Origin: Candidatus Oxydemutator sp.
GTDB taxonomy: Bacteria; Pseudomonadota; Gammaproteobacteria; Poriferisulfidales; Oxydemutatoraceae
DNA: 64,000 nt
Reading direction: 5' to 3'
Assembly (NCBI GenBank): GCA_965203445.1
Contig: OZ241883.1
Span: forward strand, 800,001-864,000
Shown here: positions 29,077-37,589 of the stretch, piece after piece
Layout of the letters: the number at the start of each line of letters is the position of its first letter
Position numbering within the stretch: position 1 is the first letter of the stretch
The notes under the pieces: model-generated
The model's database searches: none
Seen by the model: the letters and a program-made list of their open reading frames with translations, nothing else
What the model was told of the DNA's origin: nothing
Position numbers and translations under genes: made by a program

Positions 29077-30639
29077 TCAGCGCGCGCGCGCAAACTCGGC
29101 CAGCCTGACCCGCAGCGCCAACAGCACCAACCAGTAGACCGCGGCGCCGAGCGCGACCAGCCCGGTCAGCGTAAGCACGCGCCTGGCAACCGCCCAGTCG
29201 CTCCAGCCGGCGAACGGCGGGATCAGTGCGACCAGCAGCGCGGTCATCGCCAGCGTCGCGACGAGTATCCTGGCGAGCAGGCGCCACGTTTGCGGCGGCA
29301 CGCGGTACACGCCGTCGCGCGCAAGTGCGCGGTAGAGCAGCGCGACGTTGACGTAGGCGGCGACGCTGGTCGCGATTGCAAGCGCGGTGTGCGCGGCCGG
29401 CGTGCCGGAATACTCCCACGCGACGACGAAGATCACGTTCAGCGCCATGTTGGTGATCATCGCGACGACCGCGATGCGCATCGCCCGCCCCGGCTGCTGG
29501 CGCGCGTAAAAACCGCCGGCGAGTATCTTGACCAACATGAACGCCGGCAGGCCCGAGGCGTAGGCGATCATGCTGAAGCGCGCCATCTGCGTGTCGTGCA
29601 ACGTGAACTCGCGGTACTGGATCAGCGAGATCAAGATCGGCCCGGCCAGCAGCATCAGTCCGGCGAGGCACGGCAGCGCCAGCAACAGCACGCCGCGCAC
29701 GCCCCAGTCGAGCGCGGCGCGGAAACTCTCCGAATCGGCCGCGGCGTGGTGCTTGGACAGGCCGGGCAGCAGCACCGTGCCGATGGCGATGCCGAACAAC
29801 GCCAGCGGCAGCTCGACGAAGCGGTCGGACAAATACAGCCAGCTGATGCTGCCGGTGACCAGAAACGACGCGATCAGCGTATCGAACAAAAGATTGATCT
29901 GCATGACGCCGGAACTCAAGACCGCGGGCGTCATCAGCCGCGCGATGCGCCGCACGCCGGCATGGTCGAAACCCAGGCGCGGACGCACGACGAAACCGAT
30001 GCGCTTGAGCCACGCTATCTGAAACAAAAGTTGCGCGACGCCGCCGACTAGCACGCCCCACGCGAGCGCCGTGATCGGCTGCTCCATCAGCGGCGCCAGC
30101 CACAACGCCGCCGCGATCAGCGACACGTTCAGCAACACCGGCGTGAACGCGGGCGCGCCGAAGCGCCCGTAACTGTTGAGGATGCCCGCGGCCAGCGCCG
30201 TCAGCGAGATGAACAGCAAATACGGAAACGTGATGCGCAACAGTTGCGCCGCCAGATCAAAGCGCTCGTGCTCGCCCACGAAACCGGGGGCGAACAGGAA
30301 TATCAACACCGGTGCCAGCAACACGCCGGCGGCGGTTACGCCGAGCAGCACGGCAGCGAGCGTGCCGGCGGCGCGGTCGGCGAGTTCGCGCGCCTCGGCC
30401 ACGGTGCGCCTGGTCTTGTATTCCTGAAACACCGGAACGAACGCCTGCGACAACGCGCCCTCGCCGAACAGCCGGCGTAAAAAGTTCGGCAGACGAAACG
30501 CGACGAGAAAGGCATCGGTCGCACCCGACGCGCCAAAGGCGATGAAGATCGCGGCGTCGCGCACGTAGCCGAGCACACGCGAGAGCATGGTTATAGCGCT
30601 GAAGGTCGCGCTGGAGCGAAACAGAGTGGGAGTGGACAT
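29077..30639 (-). CDS. murJ: Lipid II flippase
   Basis: TMLSRVLGYVRD, DAFLVAFRLPNFLRRLFGEGA, RITFPYL, DRFVELPL; multi-pass hydrophobic. Confidence 0.96.
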   Translation of the reverse strand: MSTPTLFRSSATFSAITMLSRVLGYVRDAAIFIAFGASGATDAFLVAFRLPNFLRRLFGEGALSQAFVPVFQEYKTRRTVAEARELADRAAGTLAAVLLGVTAAGVLLAPVLIFLFAPGFVGEHERFDLAAQLLRITFPYLLFISLTALAAGILNSYGRFGAPAFTPVLLNVSLIAAALWLAPLMEQPITALAWGVLVGGVAQLLFQIAWLKRIGFVVRPRLGFDHAGVRRIARLMTPAVLSSGVMQINLLFDTLIASFLVTGSISWLYLSDRFVELPLALFGIAIGTVLLPGLSKHHAAADSESFRAALDWGVRGVLLLALPCLAGLMLLAGPILISLIQYREFTLHDTQMARFSMIAYASGLPAFMLVKILAGGFYARQQPGRAMRIAVVAMITNMALNVIFVVAWEYSGTPAAHTALAIATSVAAYVNVALLYRALARDGVYRVPPQTWRLLARILVATLAMTALLVALIPPFAGWSDWAVARRVLTLTGLVALGAAVYWLVLLALRVRLAEFARAR

Positions 30640-30902
30640 AGAGATCAGGCCGGCGTTCTATCGGACGGGACAGGCGGCACGCACGCCATGATAATGGAAT
30701 CCACACCCAGAAACAAAAGACGGGCGGTAGGGGGCGATGGTGGTGGCCCCATACAAATCGTACGTCAGTGCAATTCAGTGCCTCAGTGCGGGACGCTCAC
30801 GCCATCTTGAATTGTCAGCAAGTTGCTGCGCATGCCGTATTTGTTCGTCTCTGATCTTCGCGCGCAAGGTCCGGCAAAACAATGTTTGCATGGGACGCGA
30901 CG

Positions 30903-31319
30903 TTATCGGGGAGTTTCATGCGCCCATTTGTCCCGCCTATCCAACTCCATCAGGGCTTCACGCACAAACCCGTCCGGCAGCATGCGTGTATCTTCATAAC
31001 GCGCGCGACGGTGTGCGCCATCCACGTTGACCGAGCACAAGGCGCCACCGCCAGAATCGCACAAAAGTATGACCGAACGTCCGAATCCACCCGGAACGTC
31101 AATGGCGATTTCACCGTCCAGCGTAGCATAGACCTCAAAGCGCCAAGGCAAAACCTTGTACATGGCCCGCAATAGCCTGCGTGCATTCTTCAGCGCTTTA
31201 TCTGATGGTACCGGGAAACCTTCTTCACGCACTTCCTCCTTCGCCTGATCCAGATCACACAGGGCATCACGCAAGCCGGGATTCGGATATATCATCTCTC
31301 CACTCGGAAAAGATAGAAG
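30903..31319 (-). CDS. Hypothetical protein, probably 5'-truncated by an IS end at 31320
   Basis: A ~140-aa frame with protein-like composition (EEGFPVPSDKALKNARRLL...EVYATLDGEIAID) abuts a TGT-type IS end. Confidence 0.55.
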   Translation of the reverse strand, partial: LLSFPSGEMIYPNPGLRDALCDLDQAKEEVREEGFPVPSDKALKNARRLLRAMYKVLPWRFEVYATLDGEIAIDVPGGFGRSVILLCDSGGGALCSVNVDGAHRRARYEDTRMLPDGFVREALMELDRRDKWAHETPR

Positions 31320-31460
31320 TGTCAAACCAGAGCAGAAATGTCCTATTGTCGGCGCAATATCAAACCGGTCGACTGAAATTTCAATTCCGTCGCAATTTCC
31401 CGATAACGCGCAGGAATTGTTGAACCAGTCGGGTTGGTGACTCTGTAAGCATGGGCGGGC

Positions 31461-31691
31461 TCAGGTCGAGGGGATGAACGTCAACATCAGGCCGACCCCG
31501 GCAAGAATAACGACAGTGGCGCTCAAAACGACGCGATATATCAATCCGGTCAACTTGGTCTCAAGGCGGTGCAAATCCGCTTTGGTGGCCACTTCCTCGA
31601 CATGGGCAATCGAGTCCGCCGCCACCCTCGCCTCCTCTTCGGTGACGTCGGGAATGCGCCTGAGCAGTTGATAAAGGGCTATGGTGCTCAT
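31461..31691 (-). CDS. Small coiled-coil + C-terminal TM protein (DUF1640/CCDC90-like)
   Basis: MSTIALYQLL...EEEA...A......VATKADL..LETKL followed by a hydrophobic helix; extended -10 TGTTATAAT upstream. Confidence 0.65.
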   Translation of the reverse strand: MSTIALYQLLRRIPDVTEEEARVAADSIAHVEEVATKADLHRLETKLTGLIYRVVLSATVVILAGVGLMLTFIPST

Positions 31692-31768
31692 GATCAGAGC
31701 CAGATTATAACATGCCCCGGCATATCCGGCACCGGTGTGTATGGGGCTGTCAAGCCAAAGCACGGACT

Positions 31769-31918
31769 ATACCCCCGTAGCAAACGCCGCAAGTGGCGCT
31801 CGCATACTCCCATCTCTACAGCCGCTTGAGACTGCGTAATGCGCCTCGATGCGACCTTCTCAAGCACCGACAAACGCTCTATTTCTTTGTGCGACATAGT
31901 CCACTTCTCCTCGTTCAT
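31769..31918 (-). pseudogene. Truncated ISNCY/IS1202-like transposase (N-terminal HTH only)
   Basis: MSHKEIERLSVLEKV..RRITQSQAAVEMGVCERHLRRLLRGY, then runs into the right end at 31748. Confidence 0.75.
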
Positions 31919-32092
31919 GGCGTCTCCCGCCCGCAGGCTCTGTGAAAATGCCGTATTGTGTCCGATTAGGACATCTGTGCTTTGAAGAATAGGACATTAC
32001 TGCTTTGGACTAACAGGCTGGTGACGGCGCATTGACGATAGAGACTTTTTACTCAACAATACCCGCAACCCATTCCCCGACTGGTTCGCGCC

Positions 32093-32701
32093 ATGCCCAC
32101 AACAAGGCCTGCAAAGAATATGCCTCTCCCAGATCCTGACAGAGCAGGGCGATACCGCTGCATCGTGGTCGATCCGCCTTGGGACCAAGGCAAAACCGGT
32201 CTGCGCGCCGTGCGCCCCAATCAGGGGATCGCGCTGGATTATCCGACCCTCACGCAACGAGAGATCTTTGAGATCGCGCCGTTGCAGAAGTGGGCCTCGA
32301 CAAACGCCTTTCTATGGCTCTGGGCGACCAACAGCCGCTCGCGCTCCAGCGGCAAACCTGTTCTCCAGCAGGCATTTGCACTGATGGAGGCATGGGGGTT
32401 TCGCTACTACACCATGCTGACGTGGGACAAAAAAACCGGCCCGTGCCCGTTCGGCCCCTACCAGATCACCACCGAACACTGCCTGTTCGGCTATCGCGGA
32501 AAATGCGCGTTTGCCAAAGAATCCCTCGGCAAGATGAAGACGTGCTTTGAGGCCCGCGCAACCCGACACAGCGAAAAACCATCGGACTTTTACCGCGGGC
32601 TCAGACAAAACTTTCCCGCCCCCCGGCTCGACGTTTTTGCGCGCGGGCCTCACTCCGGTTTTGACGGTTGGGGACTGGAAGCAAAAAGACGGGCGGCGTA
32701 G
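32093..32701 (+). CDS. MT-A70-family adenine methyltransferase
   Basis: YRCIVVDPPW, FLWLWATN, WGFRY..MLTWDK, TEHCLFG, HSEKP, RLDVFARG...GWG. Confidence 0.92.
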   Translation: MPTTRPAKNMPLPDPDRAGRYRCIVVDPPWDQGKTGLRAVRPNQGIALDYPTLTQREIFEIAPLQKWASTNAFLWLWATNSRSRSSGKPVLQQAFALMEAWGFRYYTMLTWDKKTGPCPFGPYQITTEHCLFGYRGKCAFAKESLGKMKTCFEARATRHSEKPSDFYRGLRQNFPAPRLDVFARGPHSGFDGWGLEAKRRAA

Positions 32702-33504
32702 CTTCTCGCGCCAATCGCTTGAACGGCGCCGAGTGGCTGAAGAATTCCTTCAGCATCTGGCGCGACCTGCCAAGAGACGGCGATAGAAAATCGCACCCCG
32801 CGGCTTTTCCCGTTTCCTTGGTTAAAAAAACCCTGGATTGTTATGCAAACGGGTCCAGTAGTCTGGTTCTCGACCCCTTTGCAGGTTCTGGTTCCACCCT
32901 GCTTGCCGCAAGCGCACAGGGCATACGCTCCGTCGGGCTGGACGTGAACAAGAAGTTCAAGGAGGTTTTTCTTAACCGTCTTGATCTATTCGACACCCAG
33001 GAACAAGGTGAGAACGGCAGCCTCTGGCGCTATGAGATTTGCGACGCGAGAAACCGTTCTGCTTTTTTTGAGATCGTACAGGAGAATTCCGTTGATTTGT
33101 GCATCACCTCACCACCTTACTGGAATATTCTGAATCGGCGGCGCTCCAGCGACGGCAAGACCGCCATTGCTTACTCCGATTCCGATTCCGACATCGCCAA
33201 TATCCCGTCCTACAAGGGGTTTTTACGCGCCTTCGGCGACGTGGCGCAAAATATCGGGAAAGCGCTGAAACATCGGGGGTATCTCATCCTGAACGTGATG
33301 GATCTCCGCAAGGGGAGCAAATTTTACCCGCTGCATCAGGATGCGTCCCTGGTAGTACAGGAACGTGGCGGGCTCGTGTTGAACGATATTATCGTGTGGG
33401 ATCGCCAAAAGGATTACAATTCTATGCGTCCCCTGGGTTATCCGCACAAGTTTATCGTCAATAAAGTCCACGAATACCTCCTCGTGTTTAGAAAAGAAAA
33501 ATAA
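32668..33504 (+). CDS. N4/N6 DNA methyltransferase (SPPY, probably m4C; motif I before motif IV)
   Basis: HPAAFP, VLDPFAGSGST, CITSPPYW, IIVWD, HEYLLVF. Overlaps the MT-A70 gene; start codon uncertain. Confidence 0.9.
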   Translation: MGTGSKKTGGVASRANRLNGAEWLKNSFSIWRDLPRDGDRKSHPAAFPVSLVKKTLDCYANGSSSLVLDPFAGSGSTLLAASAQGIRSVGLDVNKKFKEVFLNRLDLFDTQEQGENGSLWRYEICDARNRSAFFEIVQENSVDLCITSPPYWNILNRRRSSDGKTAIAYSDSDSDIANIPSYKGFLRAFGDVAQNIGKALKHRGYLILNVMDLRKGSKFYPLHQDASLVVQERGGLVLNDIIVWDRQKDYNSMRPLGYPHKFIVNKVHEYLLVFRKEK

Positions 33505-33507
33505 CCG

Positions 33508-34452
33508 ATGCCGCAGAGTTTGTTTTCAGGCGACGAGATCTACAAGATCTTAGGGTACTTGGCGCATCCGCACGTGGCGATGCGCTACGACGTGCAGGTG
33601 CCGCCTCAAAAGCAGGAGGAATTTGAGTCGGAGTACCAGGAGTTGACCGGCGAACGGTGCCGTGCCCCAGGGCCGGGTTCCCGGGGATACTCCGTTTTAG
33701 GAGAGCACGTTGACAAGTACGCGGTTCAATATCGCTTTTCCTATGTCCCTGTGGGGATGGTTCCATTGTCACTGCAGAAAATTTCCAGGGATGCGGCTTC
33801 TGGCAGAAAACGCATAAGCAACAAAGAATTGGTCCTCGCAATGTTTAAGAATGGTCTCGTTTTGGGGGCGAATCCCTCACGCAAAATGATCATCTCCAAG
33901 ATGGATCCCGCCCGCCACGTTCGTTTTGAGCTCGGTTATGCCACCGCATCTATTGAGGGAGAAACTCTGAACTTCGCGGACTTTGAAGACAACTTTTCCG
34001 CTATAAAAACCAAACTGGAGGAGGCGTTTTCCTTGTTCGACGAAAAGCCTCATAAGATGGTTGCCTCCGTCAGAATAGGCCGTGCAGTGGCCTTTCGTCA
34101 CCACGTTTTGAAGGCTTACGGCAATCAATGTTGCCTGTGTTCCGATTCTTTGATGGATTTATTTGGAACACACGAGACTGAAGCGGCGCATATCGTCCCC
34201 AAAAGATTGCACGGTTCAGATGACGTCAGGAACGGACTTGCATTGTGCCGCAAACACCACTGGGCTTATGATCGCGGCTTGTTTGGCATAGAGAAAAATT
34301 ACTCGGTGGTGATTCCCGACAAGGTTGCCGCTATTCCCGAAAATGCATCTCTTGCGCGCTACCAGGGTGCGCCTGTCAGGGTTCCGCAGGCGAACATGGC
34401 CGCGGATCACGCTGCCCTTCAATGGCACCGGGAAAATATTTTGTCGGACTGA
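33508..34452 (+). CDS. HNH endonuclease (C-terminal HNH_2-like domain, unknown N-terminal domain)
   Basis: FR..VL.AY...CCLC...EAAHIVP...DDVRNGLALCRKHHWAYDRG...ALQWHR; starts 3 nt after the MTase stop. Confidence 0.9.
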   Translation: MPQSLFSGDEIYKILGYLAHPHVAMRYDVQVPPQKQEEFESEYQELTGERCRAPGPGSRGYSVLGEHVDKYAVQYRFSYVPVGMVPLSLQKISRDAASGRKRISNKELVLAMFKNGLVLGANPSRKMIISKMDPARHVRFELGYATASIEGETLNFADFEDNFSAIKTKLEEAFSLFDEKPHKMVASVRIGRAVAFRHHVLKAYGNQCCLCSDSLMDLFGTHETEAAHIVPKRLHGSDDVRNGLALCRKHHWAYDRGLFGIEKNYSVVIPDKVAAIPENASLARYQGAPVRVPQANMAADHAALQWHRENILSD

Positions 34453-34473
34453 ATCAACTGTGACGTCGGGTCT

Positions 34474-35823
34474 TTATGTACCGTTCCCGTCCTCTATTTT
34501 GTCGCCAAGAAGGCAATATCTGCCATACATAACGGGGTATATCAGTGGACTGTTATAAATAACTGCGCTTGCCAGATTACTGCTCATTCCCCCCCTGACC
34601 AGGTTGTTGCGAAGATCAATAAATCGCATGGGGGTACCGATCCCTCTCGTCGCCTCAAGCAGTTTTTTATCAAGATCACTGAGATCAGCAAAAGTGACAT
34701 TGTCTTTTCGTATAATCTCTTCGCCATGGATATCGAACCACCCAGTCTGCCGCAGCATTTCCAACAAGGTAGTTTTTGAAGGTGCTTCCTGGATGGTTTT
34801 GGCCCTCTCAAGCGCTCTTATCACCTCGTCGGCATAGAGACGCCCGACAAGAGAAAATATCTTTTTGCAGACAAAGACCACTTTGTTATGTCGCCAGTTG
34901 ACGCGCCAGAATACTCCGGCGGGTCTATCCAACCACGCATAATCGGGACTCGCCTCGACGAACCGGGCAGCCGAGTCGGAAAGACCCGTTTCGTCCACGT
35001 TTGCGAACGGTTTATTTCTGAGCGAGACAAGCGCCTTTTTTGCTTTTTCAACGCGTTGTCGGTCACGAACCGAAATTAAAATCCCGTCGAATTCCATTAT
35101 CTCCCATGGAGTTTCAGACAATTCCGCCGCCTTGCGCAATGCCTCGTATGACAATCCTGTTTCAGAAACACCCTCCTTTTGCAGTAGTTCGGGAACGCCT
35201 CGTTTGTCCATAGGGAGAGTACTCTCCACCAACCGCAAGGCCTTCAAAAGCATGGGAGGACAACGACCGGCAAGAAAATCATTAATGTCTTTTTCAACTT
35301 CTTTTACGATTTGTCTAATACGCTCTCGCGTCACACCGATGTCTGTCCCCAGAACCTCCAATGTAGGAATACGGTTTCCGTGCCATCCGAATCTGGTCAT
35401 GGCTACTTGCCGCCGACGCGGTCTGGCAATTCTATGAACGATAAAGTGAAGTTCTTGATCAACGGTGTTGAGTGGATGCTCCCAAAGTGGCATGCAAGGA
35501 TCGGCGTTTCGGCTGATCCCTCGTTCCTGCAAAGACTGCGCGTCAAAAATCAGGTGGCGTCCCAATCCCTTTGCTTTCAGTAGCGCTTTGAGAAAATCAT
35601 CGAAATTGACATTGAGCCGCAGTCCGTGCGCTTCAAGAGCATTGATGATTTCTCTAAGTGTTTTTTGCCCCAAATTCGGGATATCGGATAGCGAAGCCTC
35701 ATCCTGCCGTGCAAGCCTCCTCACGGTATCAATGCCCTGGCCACGCAAACAATTCAGCGCACGGACACTTAGCACGAGTGCCTCAACTTTTACTTCAATA
35801 TCTATGTTCTGTGGAACACACAT
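34474..35823 (-). CDS. Protein with an RNA polymerase alpha-CTD-like domain and a sigma70 region-4 HTH
   Basis: LSVRALNCLR..GIDTV..L......L..IPNLGQKTLREI (alphaCTD); RFG....TLEVLG..IGVTRERIRQI (sigma4). Confidence 0.85.
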   Translation of the reverse strand: MCVPQNIDIEVKVEALVLSVRALNCLRGQGIDTVRRLARQDEASLSDIPNLGQKTLREIINALEAHGLRLNVNFDDFLKALLKAKGLGRHLIFDAQSLQERGISRNADPCMPLWEHPLNTVDQELHFIVHRIARPRRRQVAMTRFGWHGNRIPTLEVLGTDIGVTRERIRQIVKEVEKDINDFLAGRCPPMLLKALRLVESTLPMDKRGVPELLQKEGVSETGLSYEALRKAAELSETPWEIMEFDGILISVRDRQRVEKAKKALVSLRNKPFANVDETGLSDSAARFVEASPDYAWLDRPAGVFWRVNWRHNKVVFVCKKIFSLVGRLYADEVIRALERAKTIQEAPSKTTLLEMLRQTGWFDIHGEEIIRKDNVTFADLSDLDKKLLEATRGIGTPMRFIDLRNNLVRGGMSSNLASAVIYNSPLIYPVMYGRYCLLGDKIEDGNGT

Positions 35824-35856
35824 GATGGTGGTTTTTTGCCTTTGCCCCGTACCGCC

Positions 35857-36065
35857 TTATTCCCAAACAAGCGTGGCTGCTTCGAGGTTGTTCCTCGGAA
35901 CGATCAACGACGTGTCGCCGCCGCGATATTCGACGAACTCATAAAGAGACGTGATCTTCTGCATTTTGCCGGATTTCATTCGGGCGGCAATTTTGCCGTA
36001 ATTCATCCAGTAGTCATCAAACCACCCTTCCCCGAGTTTCGCAAACGTCCCGTTCCCCGAAGTAC
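35857..36065 (-). pseudogene. C-terminal remnant of an EcoRV-like type II restriction endonuclease
   Basis: GNGTFAKLGEGWFDDYWMNY...KITSLYEFVEYR resembles the EcoRV C-terminus (GKGIF....FLDYWRNY...KYNNISEYRNW), recalled from memory. Confidence 0.55.
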
Positions 36066-36094
36066 CGTCCTGCATGCGAGCGCAAAATTTCCCG

Positions 36095-37315
36095 TCACCG
36101 GAAGGCGGCTTCCAGTTCTGCGGCCAGTTCCGCCAATCCAATCGCCTCTATCCCTTGCCCTTTCGGGTAGCGGTCGTCGCCGGCGTGGACGAGGAAGGCC
36201 TTGTCGGGCTTCACGTCGGCGAGGGCGGTGCGCAATCCCTTGTCGGCAACGGGCGCCAGTGCGCGCTTTATTTCGACGGCCCAAACCCGGGCGCCCGGCA
36301 GTTCCAGGACAAGGTCAATCTCGACGCCGGTCGCAGTGCGGTAGAAGCTGGCCTGCGTGCGTTGCGGCGCCGCCCGCAGCAGCGTCTCGATGACGAAACC
36401 CTCCCAGCTGGCGCCCGCTATCGGATGGCCGAGCACGGCGGCGGCATCGTCGAGCCGCAGCAGCGCGTGGACGATGCCGCTGTCGCGCACGTACACCTTG
36501 GGCGCCTTCACCAATCGTTTGCGCACGTTGGCGTGCAACGGCTGCAAACGGCGGACGAGCAGAAGGTCGTCCAGCAGGTCCACGTAGCGGGCTACGGTCT
36601 TGCCGTCCACGGCCAGGCTTCTCGCCAGCGTAGCGGCGTTCCAGAGGCCGCCCTGGGCGTGCGCGAGCATGGTCCAGAAGCGGCGCAACGTCTGCGCCGG
36701 AACGCGCGGGCCGAACGCGGGCACGTCCCGTTCCAGGTACGTGCGGATGAAGTTCTCTCGCCACAGCGCGCCGGCGGCGTCGCTTGCAGCGAGAAAACTG
36801 CGCGGAAATCCGCCTCGAATCCACAGACGCCGGCGTTGCCGCTCGCCCACCTCGCGGATATCGAAGGGGGCAAGTTCCAGATACGCGATACGGCCCGCCA
36901 GACTCTCGCCGGACTGCCGCAACAAATCCATCGAGGCGGAACCGAGCAGTAGAAACTGCCCCGCCGACTCGCCCTGGCGGATTCGCTCGTCAATGATCCC
37001 GCGCAATACCTGCATCAGCTGCGGCGCGCGATGAATCTCATCGAGCACCACGAGACGGCCGCGTTGCGCGTCGAGATAACCGCGCGCGTCGGCGAGTTTT
37101 TCCTGGTCGACGGGGTTCTCCAGGTCGAGATACAGGCCCGGCTTTCGCGCCCGTCGCCGGTGTCGCGCGGCGCCCGCCCGCCCAACGTCCCGCGCAACGG
37201 CTTGCGCGAGCGTCGTTTTGCCAACCTGGCGCGGCCCTATAAGAGCGACGGCGGGGAACAGCCGCAGGTGTTCTTCCAGGCGTGCGGCGAGAAGCCGCGG
37301 TATCATCCTTCCCAT
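36095..37315 (-). CDS. AAA_14 ATPase with a DUF4143 / PD-(D/E)xK C-terminus
   Basis: GPRQVGKTT, VVLDEIH, LLGSAS, ESLAGRI, RGGFP, KAPKVYVRDSG, GASWEG, EIDLVL...AVEIK. Confidence 0.92.
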   Translation of the reverse strand: MGRMIPRLLAARLEEHLRLFPAVALIGPRQVGKTTLAQAVARDVGRAGAARHRRRARKPGLYLDLENPVDQEKLADARGYLDAQRGRLVVLDEIHRAPQLMQVLRGIIDERIRQGESAGQFLLLGSASMDLLRQSGESLAGRIAYLELAPFDIREVGERQRRRLWIRGGFPRSFLAASDAAGALWRENFIRTYLERDVPAFGPRVPAQTLRRFWTMLAHAQGGLWNAATLARSLAVDGKTVARYVDLLDDLLLVRRLQPLHANVRKRLVKAPKVYVRDSGIVHALLRLDDAAAVLGHPIAGASWEGFVIETLLRAAPQRTQASFYRTATGVEIDLVLELPGARVWAVEIKRALAPVADKGLRTALADVKPDKAFLVHAGDDRYPKGQGIEAIGLAELAAELEAAFR

Positions 37316-37439
37316 CCTTGCAATTATGGAATACAAGTCCCGAATTGCAAGTTTTCATTTTCTGCGGGGGCTTATATACAATGCCGCCCGCAATGGCGGA
37401 ACTTGCGACGCTGACTGGTGTCGTCACTGCGACCACGTA

Positions 37440-37578
37440 CGGCGACCGAGCACGCTCTTGGCGCTGCGGCTGACCACGAAGGCGGCCAGGTTGCTTCCAG
37501 GCCAAATCTCTCCCAAAATATCAGGGCGTTCCATTTGCGTTCGGCGCTGGTCGTCATGCGCCTCCATACGGTTTGCAC
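37440..37578 (-). pseudogene. Possible degraded transposase N-terminus (IS481-like HTH)
   Basis: TSAERKWNALIFWERFGLEAT / LAAFVVSRS across a frameshift resembles transposase N-terminal HTH segments; short and unverified. Confidence 0.35.
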
Positions 37579-37589
37579 AACACACCGGC

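Larger units (their letters stand above)
31320..32015 (-). mobile_element. IS1202/ISNCY-like degenerate element: one left end (32015), two right-type ends (31748, 31320), a transposase HTH stub and a small passenger gene
   Basis: Ends TGTTAGTCCAAAGCAGTAATGTCCTATT (minus, from 32015) and TGTCAAACCAGAGCAGAAATGTCCTATT (from 31320) are 23/28 identical. A third end TGTCAAGCCAAAGCAC lies at 31748. An internal CAAAGCA...ATGTCCTA repeat is present. Confidence 0.7.

Noticed and set aside
30741-30750. tggtggcccc as a tRNA 3'-end att site
   Set aside because: Only 10 bp, no adjacent T-arm, it does not match the two tRNAs in the window, and there is no integrase.
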